This document shows, piece after piece, positions 39,170 to 51,152 of a stretch of 64,000 nt of DNA. The translations under genes were made by a program, and so were the position numbers. Source of the stretch: Octopus sinensis (taxonomy: Eukaryota); contig NC_043004.1 of the NCBI RefSeq assembly GCF_006345805.1, positions 100,874,001 through 100,938,000 of the forward strand, in the 5' to 3' direction. Below the pieces are notes generated by a model, which saw nothing but the letters and a program-made list of their open reading frames with translations, did no database searches and was not told the DNA's origin. Position 1 is the stretch's first letter. Every line of letters begins with the position of its first letter.

Positions 39170-39600
39170 TTTGTTTGGATGGGGACAATCAATCACATCG
39201 GCTACAGTACGCAACTGGTACTTAATTTATCGACCCCGAAATGATGAAAGGCAAAAGAAAAGGTCGACTTTGCCTTTCATTCTTTCGTACTATTTGAGAA
39301 CTGGGGTCGATGTAATCGATTTCCCCCCAACCAACCACCCACTCACTCCACAAAAATCCAGGCCTTGTGCCTGTGGAAGAAATGATTATTCATCTCAAAA
39401 TAAGGCGGCGAACTGGCAGGATTTTTAGCACGCTTGGTAAAATGCTTAGCAACATTTCGTCCGTCTTTACGTTCGGAGTTCAATTTCCGCTAAGATCGAC
39501 TTTGCCTTTTATCCTTCAAGGTTGATAAAATAAGCATCAATTGAGTACGGGGATCAATCTAATCGACTCACACCTTCGCCTGAAACTGCTGGCCTTGTAT
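39170..39600. mobile_element. Cluster of Nin-type SINE fragments in both orientations
   Basis: Minus fragment about 39170-39255, plus fragment about 39260-39370, plus copy with head about 39400-39600. Confidence 0.65.
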
Positions 39601-40196
39601 CTAAATCTGAAACCGCTGTTTGTCTCGGATGTTAGCCAATCAAATTGGCCATGCAATTACTTTGTAACTAATGCTTCTTTTTACCACAGAAAATCGACTG
39701 CTAAACTCTTCTTCATAGGCCCATTTTTCGTGAACCGTTTCTGACGAAACTGATTGCAATAACCGCCCATCACGCTTATCAGACCTCTTTGTGTGTCTCA
39801 GGTACAGCTGATTTACATTGCTGCTGGTATAATTCCTCGTACGGCCATCATATTTTCTGTTCTGTCGTCTATCTCTTTAACCTCAGTATTGTACTTTACT
39901 TCCACATATGTTCTCAGTGTTCATAGCAAGAAGCAAATTCTTGCGTAAACTGGGCATGTTTGTACATAGTCGTCCACTCACCTTGGGGCGTCGATGGCAT
40001 CGGCTTATTCCTCGTCTGAAAATTGATGTTTTGTGCTCCTGTCACCTTCATCAATGCCCCCGTGGCTAATAAAATAAATCATTATTATTATTATCATTAT
40101 CATTGTCATTATTATTATTATTATTATTATTGTTATCATCATCATCACCATCATTATTATTGTTCTTGTTGTTATGGCTGTTGTTGTTCTTCATGT

Positions 40197-40241
<45 letters not shown>

Positions 40242-40256
40242 CAGCAGCAGCAGCAT

Positions 40257-40304
<48 letters not shown>

Positions 40305-40764
40305 CAGAAGCAGAAGCAGCAGTAGTAGTAGTAGTAGTTGTAGCAGCAGCAGCAGCGGCAGCATTGAAAGGTGGTGAACTGGTTGAATCTTTACTGCACC
40401 GGACAAAATGCTTAGCGGCATTTCTTCCGACTCCTTACGTTCTGGGATCAAATTTCAGCGACGTCGACTTTGCTTTTCATCCTTTTATGGTGGATAAAAT
40501 AAGTACCTGTTGAACACTGGCGACAACAGAAGCAACTCTTACACGATCCCAAACACTGCAGTCTGATCATGCAGCAGGGAGCTGTACAAGAATAAGCCTT
40601 CCCATTAAATGTATCTGGGAGAATTTTATAAAATCCAACAGCATATTTTTGTCACAGGATATAATCCAGGAGAGAGTAAAGAGGAAAATTCAACATCTCT
40701 GTCTACGAAAACACGGAAGCAGATTAAATTTTCGCATTAAATTAAGTTTATCTAGTACTGCAAC

Positions 40765-41180
40765 AAGGAGTGACTGTGTGGTAAGTAGCTTGCTAACCAA
40801 CCACATGGTTCCGGGTTCAGTCCCACTGCGTGGCATCTTGGGCAAGTGTCTTCTACTATAGCCTCGGGCCGACCAATGCCTTGTGAGTGGATTTGGTAGA
40901 CAGAAACTGAAAGAAGCCTGTCGTATATATGTATATATATATATGTATGTGTGTGCGTGTGTTTGTGTGTCTGTGTTTGTTCCCCTAGCATTGCTTGACA
41001 ACCGATGCTGGTGTGTTTACGTCCCCGTAACTTAGCGGTTCGGCAAAAAGGGACGGATAGAATAAGTACTGGGCTTACAAAAAGAATAAGTTCCGGGGTC
41101 GAGTTGCTCGACTAAAGGCGGTGCTCCAGCATGGCCGCAGTCAAATGACTGAAACAAGTAAAAGAGTAAAAGAGAGTAAA
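40765..41180 (+). mobile_element. SINE family A (full length)
   Basis: Highly similar to 16020-16432. Confidence 0.9.
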
Positions 41181-42170
41181 GCCTTCTGGGACATATCGGG
41201 AGAAATTATCTCAACTGAAAAACAGCAAAAGCAATGGAACTTATTGCTGTACCTTTAAAACTGAAAATACAGCGAAAACACGGGATGAAGGTAAGTACAT
41301 TGTTTTCGTTCTTTGTTGGTTTTTGTTTATCTGTTGCATTGAAAACACTCTGCGTAATACGTGTATCTTGACTAGTAATGCTATTTTCAGTATGATGTAT
41401 ATATATATATAATCCCAAAATTTTGTTTATGTATTTACCTGCATTTTTTAATATTATTTTATCGTTCTGTAAATATATTATTATAAAGATTGCTTCTACT
41501 GCTATTTCCAGATCTTTATATTTGAATAATTTCTATATTTCTGTTAGCGATTCACTAATACTTTGATCAGGATGAAATCCTATTTCTACGTATCTTTTAT
41601 AGCAACATCTGTTCGATTTACCTTGATTTACCTGCGTTTATTCGCATGCATATCTCAAGGTAAAGTCATTTTCTCATTCTCTAAGAACCTGCGTTTGATT
41701 TATGCCACTTCTTTCCTGTCGGTTTTAACAATGCTGGAGTAATTTCCATAAAGGTCTCAATCCTGAAAGCCCACACAAGCTTTCTTTGCAGATTAAGATT
41801 ACGCAACCAATAACATTGTAATTAATTATTCCTTTTCAGCTTCATATTCATCGTTAATTATTGTACTATGCAATTGTCCTAAGTATAACCGGTTTTCATC
41901 TCTTCTGTATGTTTTGGCACTTGGTCACTATTGCAAAGGCTAGAGTCATAAATAGGCTTTACGCTTGAACTGGCACGCAGGAGAACCGGGTCTACGTACG
42001 CAGACGACAGGACCGTCAAAGCATCAGATAGTCATATACAGTTTCTTTAGAGATATCCCAACTTATATATCTATTTAGAAATATAGTAAGGAAAAATACC
42101 TCCATCACTGACTTATTTTTCTATCATTAATGATATATGCCTATGCACACACACACATATATGAGTATAT

Positions 42171-42676
42171 ATGAGACTGATAGTACTATCAGTAAAGGTG
42201 CATGGCTTGGTGGTTTGAGCGTTGAGCTTACGATCGTGAGGTTGTGAGTTCGATTCCCGGACCGGGCTGTGTGTTGTGTTCTTGAGCAAGACACATATTT
42301 TACGTCGCTCCAGTTAACTCAGCTGTAGAAATGAGTTGGGACATCACTGATGCCAAGCTGTATCAGCCATTGCCTTTCCTTTGGATAACATCGATGGCGA
42401 GGAGAGGGGAGGTTGGTATTCATGGGCGACTGTTGGTCTTCCATAAACAATCTTGCCCGGACTTGTACCTCGGAGGGTAACTTTCTAGGTGTAATCCCAT
42501 GGTCGTTCATGACCGAAGGGGGTCTCCAAAGTACTATCAAAATACCATCACTTAGTGGCAGCGAATACCAGCCGTACAGGCAAAATTAATAAAAGATATA
42601 TTTTATTAATTTTGCCTGTACAGCTGGTATTCACTGCCACTAGTGACGGTTTTATGACAAGTACTATCACTCTCAT
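42171..42676. mobile_element. Palindromic mini-element (~77-bp arms) interrupted by a SINE
   Basis: With the SINE removed, ATGAGACTGATAGTACTATC...GGCAAAATTAATAAAA pairs with TTTTATTAATTTTGCC...GTACTATCACTCTCAT around a few-nt loop. Confidence 0.8.
42192..42529 (+). mobile_element. CORE-type SINE (family C, tail Z) with a 10-bp TSD
   Basis: AGTACTATCA at 42182-42191 and 42530-42539. GAGTTCGATTCCC B box. CORE-like TTCTTGAGCAAGACAC. Confidence 0.9.
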
Positions 42677-42942
42677 ATTTACACATAAATAATTTCACGT
42701 ATTTCGTTTGTTTAAGTGGTGTTTGGCGACTTCAAACGAATTTGCAAGCATGATGGGGGGAAATTTTAGAAGTTGCTGGCTGGCAGGTTTGGATGACGCG
42801 AATCAGGCGCCGTTTGGCGCTAAATTCGAAATCATGATATCAAACTAACCAGCATTACTTTTGCTGACCTAACAGAGGTAAGACGATTTTATTGTTCAGT
42901 AGAATTTTTTCTTACCATGCTTGTATTAATTTTGTGACAGTA

Positions 42943-43317
42943 GAGGCGCAATGGCCCATTGGTTAGGGTACAGTCTCGCGGTCGTAGGATCGCGGTTTCG
43001 ATTTTCAGATCGGGTGTGGTAAGTGTTTATTGAGCGAAAATACCTAAAGCTCCACGAGGCTCCGACAGGGTGTGGTGGCGAACCCTGCTGTACTCTTTCA
43101 TCACAACTTTCTCTTCCTCTTTCTTCCTCTTTCTGTTGTACCTTTATTTCAAAGGACCATCCTTGTAACCTTCTGTGTCACGCTGAATCTCTCCGAGGAC
43201 TACTTTAAGAGTACACGTTTCTGTGGAGTGCTTAGCCACTTGTACGTTAATTTCACGAGCAGGCTGTTCCGTTGATCGGATCAACTGGAACCCTCGTCCT
43301 CGTACCAACGGAGCGCC
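42943..43317 (+). mobile_element. SINE family B (tail X)
   Basis: GAGGCGCAATGGCCCATTGGTTAGGG head and GGTTTCGATT B box. Collinear with 58187-58577. Confidence 0.85.
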
Positions 43318-43403
43318 ACGAATTTTGTAACTATTTCGTAGCACAGAAGTATTTTTGACTTCTAATTTTAACGATGCAGGTGCTCACGTAGTGCCCTTGT
43401 ATG

Positions 43404-43436
<33 letters not shown>

Positions 43437-43478
43437 TATATAACAACTGTCCGACTAGCGGGAACGTACAACACTGAG

Positions 43479-43566
43479 TAACTGCTTTGGATACATTTTT
43501 CAGCTTTAATAAACGTATATATATATATATACGTTTATTAAAGCTGCAAAATGTATCCAAAGCAGT

Positions 43567-43568
<2 letters not shown>
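43479..43568. repeat. 90-bp palindrome centred on (TA)n
   Basis: TAACTGCTTTGGATACATTTTTCAGCTTTAATAAACG-(TA)n-CGTTTATTAAAGCTGCAAAATGTATCCAAAGCAGTTA, one mismatch. Left arm continues from a relative of the 5680-5868 repeat. Confidence 0.9.
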
Positions 43569-43601
<33 letters not shown>

Positions 43602-43609
43602 TATATATA

Positions 43610-44123
43610 AGAGAGTTAACGATAAGTGGCTAACTCTAGTGCTAGAAATAGCTCCTTATTCTGGTATAGCCACCGAAGATTTTTTCCACAGCAGAAATAG
43701 CATTACCTCAACGTAAGGGAAGCGAAATACAACAAAAAGATAGATTAATACTGAACAATTGTTTCCTTATCAACATATATGTAATTATACTCACATATTT
43801 GTCTATAATTCATCAGCAGTATTTGTCCTCGATACAATTTATCAGACTCACACGGGCGATGAAATATTTCATCGCCCGTGTGAGTCTGATAAATTGTATC
43901 GAGGACAAATGCTGCCGATGACTTATAGACAAATATGTGAGTATAATTACATATTATGTTGATAAGGAAACAATTGTTCAATATTAATCTATCTTTTTGT
44001 TGTATTTCGCTTCCCTTACGTTGAAAGTAATGCTATTTCTGCTGTGGAAAAAATCTTCGGTGGCTATACCAGAATAAGGAGCTATTTCTAGCACTAGAGT
44101 TAGCCACTTATCGTTAACTCTCT
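43610..44123. mobile_element. 514-bp zero-spacer palindrome (foldback element), TA on both sides
   Basis: Centre CGGGCGATGAAAT|ATTTCATCGCCCG at 43865/43866. Arms of about 257 bp differ at about 7 positions. Ends TA|AGAGAG...CTCTCT|TA. Confidence 0.93.
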
Positions 44124-44232
44124 TATATTTATATATAAATTTGTACTGTCTCCCTGGTTTTTATGTGTTGGGCCACTTGGTGTTAAACTGACGGTATTAT
44201 TAAATTAATATCTAATTTTTCACCCTCATTTA

Positions 44233-44284
<52 letters not shown>

Positions 44285-44391
44285 GTATATATGTATATAT
44301 ATATATATATAATATATATATATATATTATATATATATATTATATATATATAATATATAATATATATATATATAATATATATATATATGTA

Positions 44392-44468
<77 letters not shown>

Positions 44469-44674
44469 TATATATATATATTATATATATATATAAATTT
44501 TATAAATGAGGACATGGTCGATATTTAAATACCGATCTATCAGGTGGCCAGCATGGGAATAAAAACCTTTCAAAGGTAATAATTATTTAAATTATATTTT
44601 AGGGTATCTAAGAGATACCTCCACGCTGGAAATAGCAGTCAAAACTTGACTCTAAAACCACATTAAATGTTCAT

Positions 44675-44730
<56 letters not shown>

Positions 44731-45309
44731 AGTCGGATGTTCGGTTACATGAAAGATATTCAATTGCATATAACGCTATCTTTGATTCTAGCTTTGGATT
44801 TCGGTTATTATTTTCCCATCTTGTTTTACATGCGAGAGTGTAATGTATGTGTGTGTGTGTGTTGTGTGTGTGTGGTGTGTGTGTGTGTGTGTGTGCGTTC
44901 ATAACAAGAATTCCCCTCACCAGAAACAACGGTTTAGTAGTTGTAGTAGTAGAGGAGGAGGAAGAATGATGTTCACTGGATAACGTTTCTCTCCCTCTTG
45001 CACCACTATGCACCAATTTGTTATGGCGTTGCTGCAAAATACATAGGTTGGAATCGTTTTACCATAAATTTATTGTTTTATTTTTGACGAGAGATTGTGT
45101 TGTTTTCTTCGTAATTTTATCCTAATTCGAAATTCAACTCACATTTTACTCAACACTTGAGAATCTGGAGTTACGCAAAATCCTTGCTGGATAGATTTAT
45201 TTTTTTTCTGATTCCTGATTTTATCGATCTGCAACTCGAGGGATAAAAGACCTTTACTTATGCCTAAGCTTGAACTCCCTGTGCAGCAACATTATGCAGT
45301 ATATTCAGT

Positions 45310-45515
45310 GAGCAATATAGTTCTATATTTAAGAGATGAGGAATTATGTACGTTATTTACATTGTTTACATTTGACGAATTTTTGTCCTCATCTTGTTAG
45401 TTGTTAACACGTTTCGGCTGATATGCCCTCCACCTTTCATCGGGCTGACTCCGAGTTCGATTCGAGGCAGTGATCTGAATAATAATAATAAGAAGAAGAA
45501 TTGATAATAATAATA

Positions 45516-45556
<41 letters not shown>

Positions 45557-45715
45557 TAATTAATAATAACATCGAAAAATACCTTAGGAATGAGAACTCA
45601 GGTTCGAAATTTTCTCAAGACACTTGATGAAGGCTGGAGGGTATATCAGTCGAACCGTTGTATTTAACAACAAACAAGATGAGGACAAATGTCTGTCAAA
45701 TGTAAATAATGTATT
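45310..45715. mobile_element. Outward-facing inverted pair of Penelope-type terminal-repeat fragments around an (AAT)n tract
   Basis: 45310-45450 (-) and 45555-45715 (+) share GATGAA..GGAGGG.ATATCAG.CGAA.CGT...AACAAGATGAGGACAAA. Hammerhead cores are mutated in both. Confidence 0.7.
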
Positions 45716-45997
45716 CAGTGAGCAAGATTTAGAAATCATTTGCTATACAGTAATCCCTCACCATATCTCGGTTCACCTATCGCGGTTCACCTATCGTGGT
45801 TCACCTATCGCGGTTTATTATTTAAGCTAACTTCGATTCCACCGTGATGTAGATTGCATTTATAATAAAATAAATATATAGAAATCATAAAAATAATTTT
45901 TAAAAAATATACAGTACACTATTGTTTCTACTTCGTGGATTTTCACCTACTACGGGGGATTTTGAAACGTAACGCCCGCGATAGTCGAGGGATTATT

Positions 45998-46617
45998 CCT
46001 TTGTTCTTTTACTTGTTTCAGTCATTTGACTGCGGCCATGCTGGAGCAGCGCCTTTAGTCGAACAAATCGACCCCAGGACTTATTCTTTGTAAGTCTAGT
46101 ACTTATTCTATCGGTTACTTTTGCTGAACCACTAAGTTACGGGGACGTAAACACAACAACATCGGTGTCAAGCGATGGTGGTGGTAGTGGGGGGGGGACA
46201 AACAGAATACACTGCATTCTCCTGTCTTTGAAAGAACTATTTCTTCACCCATTCCCTTCCGGTCATTTCAATGTGTGATCGCGTGTGTATCGTTGGCGAT
46301 TTTCTTTTTTCATCTTCCCTTCCTTGGACCTTTCCTTTTTCTATGTTTCTGACGAAGAGCTCCGCTCGAAACGTTAAATCCTCCTTCTTTCTTTCCTTTC
46401 CTTTCCGTCCAATAACACTATACCTGTTCCACGTCCTCGCGTTGTTGTGTTTTCTCTTTGTTCATGTTTGGATTAACTATATATATATATATATATAGTA
46501 ATATAGGGTGAAATTAATTAATTTGGAATAATCAGCCATAACTCTTTGACTGTTATTTCTAAATTCGGTGTGTGGTGAGGCAAATCGTTGCTAAACCCTT
46601 AATTACTTAGTATTACT

Positions 46618-46659
<42 letters not shown>

Positions 46660-46815
46660 GGCGGGCTTCTTTCAGTTTCTGTCTACTCACAGGGCTTCGG
46701 TCGGCCTGAGGCTTATAGTTGAAGACACTTGCCCAAGGTGACACGCAGTGGGACTGAACCCGAGACCGTGTGGTTGGGGAGCAAGCTTTTTACCACACAG
46801 CCGCTACTGCGCCTA
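45998..46815 (-). mobile_element. SINE family A split by Penelope-type fragments
   Basis: 3' half at about 45998-46205, 5' half at about 46655-46815. The insert sits at the position of the internal microsatellite. Confidence 0.7.
46240..46480 (+). mobile_element. Penelope-type terminal-repeat fragment with an intact minimal hammerhead core (46343-46380)
   Basis: GTTT-CTGACGA-A-GAGC-TCC-GCTC-GAAA-CGTT-AAAT. Homologous to 60776-60945. Confidence 0.75.
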
Positions 46816-47139
46816 AATACTGTATATTTTACCATCATCTTTTAGTCAAGATTATCTCCAGCATTCACCTTGTCCCTTTTATCCAATCAGATTTGATGTT
46901 TTATCTCTCACTTTCTTTCTCTGTGTTTGTTAATCCATAGATTGTACATTTATCCATCACTTTCTCTGTCCTTACTTATCTCTGTATCTTCTATTTCAGC
47001 TTATTTTCATCCTTTTTCCTTGCCGTCTTCTCATGTCGCTACCAGTTTCTCTTACTCCCACCTCTTTTTCTCATCTCTTTGTTTCTCTCCCTTGCCTCTA
47101 GTTTCTCTCACTCTAACTCTCCCTTCTTCTCTCTCTATA

Positions 47140-47199
<60 letters not shown>

Positions 47200-47529
47200 A
47201 ATCTATTTTATCTGTCTATCTTTATCTCTCTTTCCTTCTTTCACTTCAGCACCAATTCTGTCCTAAAATAGTTTCAATTTGCAGAGAAAAATAACTCCTT
47301 TGTGTTTTCTATACCTAAGGGAAATTCTACCATCGCTGCATCCCTTTCGATTACCTTTTCATATCCTATGTCCCCTTTAAGATGTATATGTGTGCTTATG
47401 TATGCATGTATGTATGTTATTCATATATATATATGCGGTTTGTGGCTGTGTGTTTTTATGTGTGTATGTATATGTGCACATATATAAGCATGATTTTATA
47501 TATGTACGCATATGTGTACTATGCATATA

Positions 47530-47565
<36 letters not shown>

Positions 47566-47699
47566 CATATATAATATATATATATATATACATACATATA
47601 TAATGTATATATATATATATATACATATACACACACACATACATATATAATGTATATATATATATATATACACACACACATATATATATATGTGTATGC

Positions 47700-47730
<31 letters not shown>

Positions 47731-47741
47731 ATATATGTATG

Positions 47742-47797
<56 letters not shown>

Positions 47798-47803
47798 ATA
47801 TAT

Positions 47804-47852
<49 letters not shown>

Positions 47853-48247
47853 GCATGCATGTATGTAGGCGGAGTTTGTTTATATATGTTTATATACGTA
47901 CGTAAGAGGATGTGAGCCTTTTGGATCAAGCTCCCGAAATAACGTTTAACAACTTCATAAAAGCCAATCTACCTATCATTTCTGTGTTCATTAATGTGCT
48001 TTTCCAAATATTGACAAACATCATTACCAACTAACTTAGAGTAATTTCTTTCTCCTCTCCTCCTCCATCCACTTCTTCCCCTTCTATTATTTACGTTTCC
48101 TTGCTTTCTTCCAGCGCACCCCCTAGCGCCTCCATCATTCCATTGTAGATGGTAGGAATGGCTTAGCCAAAAATAAACCCGTAAAGGAACGGCTCATTTG
48201 TAAAACAGTTAAATGATGGAGAGTAATTAGATCAAAGAGAATGGGCA

Positions 48248-48840
48248 GTACAGCGGTGTAGAAAGGAAGATCGCAGCAACACGGTTTCGCATCCCAGTAG
48301 AATTAACTATGTCTTTTGGTTTTTTTTCTTATATTTCATTTATATTCAATTTACTTTAGTCATTGTTCTGCGCCCATGCTGGGGCTCCGTCTAAAAAGGG
48401 TTTTAGTGGAATAGATTGACACCATTCTACTTTTTTTTCATATAGTATCGTACTTATTCTGTCGGTTTCTTTTTCTGAACCGTTTGATTTGGGGGATATA
48501 AACAAACCAACAGCAGCTATTAAGCGGCGGGTGAGACGAACACGGAGAGTACAGCGGTGTAGAAAGGAAGATCGCAACAACACGGCTTCGCATCCCAGTA
48601 GAATTAACTATAAGTCTTTTGTTTTTCTTTCTTTATTTCATTTATATTCTATTTGCTTCAGTCATTGGTCTGCGCCCATGCTGGGGCTCCGTCTAGAAAG
48701 GGTTTTAGTGGAACACATTGAAACCAATCCACTTTTTTTTCATATAGTGTCGTACTTATTCTGTCGGTTTCTTTTTCTGAACCGTTTGATTTTAGGGATA
48801 TAAACAAACCAACAGCAGCTATTAAGTGGCGGGTGAGACA
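48248..48840. repeat. Tandem duplication, 301-bp period, containing an old SINE A 3' half (minus)
   Basis: GTACAGCGGTGTAGAAAGGAAGATCGC at 48248 and 48549. Units about 90% similar by eye. Confidence 0.9.
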
Positions 48841-49020
48841 AGCACAGGCGCAAGCATGCACACACAGACACACGTATGTACATATCAATGAATATGAAGA
48901 TGTGTTTACAATTTTGCGCTAGGATTCTTACGATTGACATGTATGCGGGGTCATCTTCCATAAAGTTACGCGAACACTCACACATTATTTTATTCTATTT
49001 TATTATATGATATTATATAT

Positions 49021-49375
49021 AGGCGCAGGAGTGGCTGTGTGGTAAGTAGATTGCTTACCAACCACATGGTTCCAGGTTCAGTTCCACTGTGTGGCACCAT
49101 GGGCAAGTGTCTTCTACTATAGCCCCAGGACGACCAGAGCCTTGTGAGTGGATTTGGTTGACGGAAACTGAAAGAACACCCTGTTTGTGTGTCTGTGTGT
49201 CGCTTGACAACTGATGCTGCTATTTTACGCCACCGTAAGATAGCAGTTCGGCAAAAGAGATCGATAGAATAAGTAGTAGGCTTACAAAGAATAAATCCTA
49301 GGGTCGATTTGTTCGACTAGAGGCGGTGCTCCGGTATGGCCACAGTCAAATGACGGAAAAATAAAAATGAATGAT
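49021..49375 (+). mobile_element. SINE family A
   Basis: AGGCGCAGGAGTGGCTGTGTGG head and full body. Confidence 0.85.
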
Positions 49376-49419
49376 AATATAGTACCTATGTGAATGTATG
49401 TATGCATGCATGTATGAAC

Positions 49420-49650
49420 GTAGCGACGTACAAGTCGACCTCGTATATATGTTGATCTTAAAACCCCTACATCAAAATTCTGTGTTCGGCCTATGTCCAC
49501 CATTTAGGTCCATCATTTTGGTTCTATTGGGATTGTTGTTACTGATGATTTTCCTAAGAATATTCTATGTTGATATCTACAATACGCGTATAAGTCGACC
49601 CCTAGTTTTGGAGAGATTTTTCGAACCCAGAAAGTTGATTTGCACACAGC
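49420..49650. mobile_element. Possible pogo-like DNA transposon end remnant
   Basis: Repeated CGTA(C/T)AAGTCGACC motif (TACGCGTATAAGTCGACCC) resembles pogo-type subterminal repeats. No TIR pair established. Confidence 0.3.
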
Positions 49651-49673
49651 AGTTTACCGCATATTCATGTGTA

Positions 49674-49738
<65 letters not shown>

Positions 49739-50124
49739 ATACGCACATACATCTATATACATACATATACACACGCACACATATATATATACATATATAT
49801 GTATGTGTGTATGTACGTGTGTGTAAAACATACACACACGTATATGTATGTCTATACTCCACACATACATATACGTACATACCAATACCTCTAATTAACA
49901 TACACACGCGCGCGGAAAGAATCCATTTCTTGAAAACACTTTTATTTGTACACGCATATAAAATATATCTCCGTACGTCACCTAATATGTAGCTACAAAG
50001 ATTCTATATTATATTATAGTAGTATATTATCATAGTATTATTATAATAGGGATTCTATTTTCTCAATTTCTGTATCTAGCTGAGTATCTGTCTACCGGTT
50101 TCTACGACTTGGCAAGCTTAACTA

Positions 50125-50661
50125 TTAGGTTGTCCGGAAAGTTCGTGTCGATTTATAGTAGCTTACATTTCGACTTATTTTAGAGCATGGTTGAGTCCAT
50201 TTAGAGCACAGTTTAAGCTATCTTTTCGCGGAAGGTTTCTGTTCCTATAACCTGTGTTAATTCTGTAACCATTTAAAATGGAAGATAAGAAAGTTCATTT
50301 TCGCCACTTCATGCTTTGGGAACCAGACAAAAATTGGTACAGCTTGGCTGGGATGTGTTACCCTACCCTCCATATTCACCAGATATTGCTCCTTCGGATT
50401 TCCACTTATTCACGTCTCTGCAGAATAATCTTAATGGTAAAAATTTCAATTCCTTGGATGACGTAAAAAGATACCTTGATGAATTATTTGCCATGAAACC
50501 ACCTCAATTCTGGGAAGTGGGTATTTTCAAGTTAAAGGAAAGATGGAGACGCATTGTGCAACAAAATGGTTCATATTTGGTTGATTGAAAATGTAATGGC
50601 AACTATTTACTGACCTTTTTCTTACGTTTAAAAATCGGCACGAACTTTCCGCACAACCCAA
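50125..50661 (+). mobile_element. 537-bp internally deleted mariner with both TIRs
   Basis: TA TSD. 30-bp TIR TT(A/G)GGTTGT(C/G)CGGAAAGTTCGTG(T/C)CGATTT. N-terminus MEDKKVHFRHFMLWE joined to TRQKLVQLGWDVLPYPPYSPDIAPSDFHLF. Confidence 0.92.
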
Positions 50662-50719
50662 TACATATCTGCGTATTGATGCATACACCGCATACTCTAA
50701 CATGCGCACACACGTGTGC

Positions 50720-50764
<45 letters not shown>

Positions 50765-51096
50765 ATATGTATGTATGTATATGCGTGTGTGTGTGTATGT
50801 ATGTGAGTGTCAATCTGTGGGTATTTGTTCATGTAACTAGATACTTAGAAATAATCTATGTCTGTTGAACTTGTATTTCTTCTTTCCTTAGGCCCATAAG
50901 TGTGTGTATGTATGTGGTTGTGTAGGTGTGGTGTGTATGCACAAGTGTGTTCAGTTATTTATGAATCAATCTGTCCAACTTATATAACTTCCTTCCTTGA
51001 GCGCACACCTCCTGATGAAGTCGGAAGGGTGCTGTGGTGTTTTAGGCATTTTAAACAGTGCGGAGCTGGCAGCTCTTCGAGTCTGAACGCAGCAGA

Positions 51097-51152
<56 letters not shown>

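Noticed and set aside
48105-48135. CTCF-like motif GCGCACCCCCTAGCG
   Set aside because: Needs a 2-nt insertion relative to the consensus. Too weak alone.
51005-51050. CTGATGA as a hammerhead core
   Set aside because: No stem II or GAAA follows.
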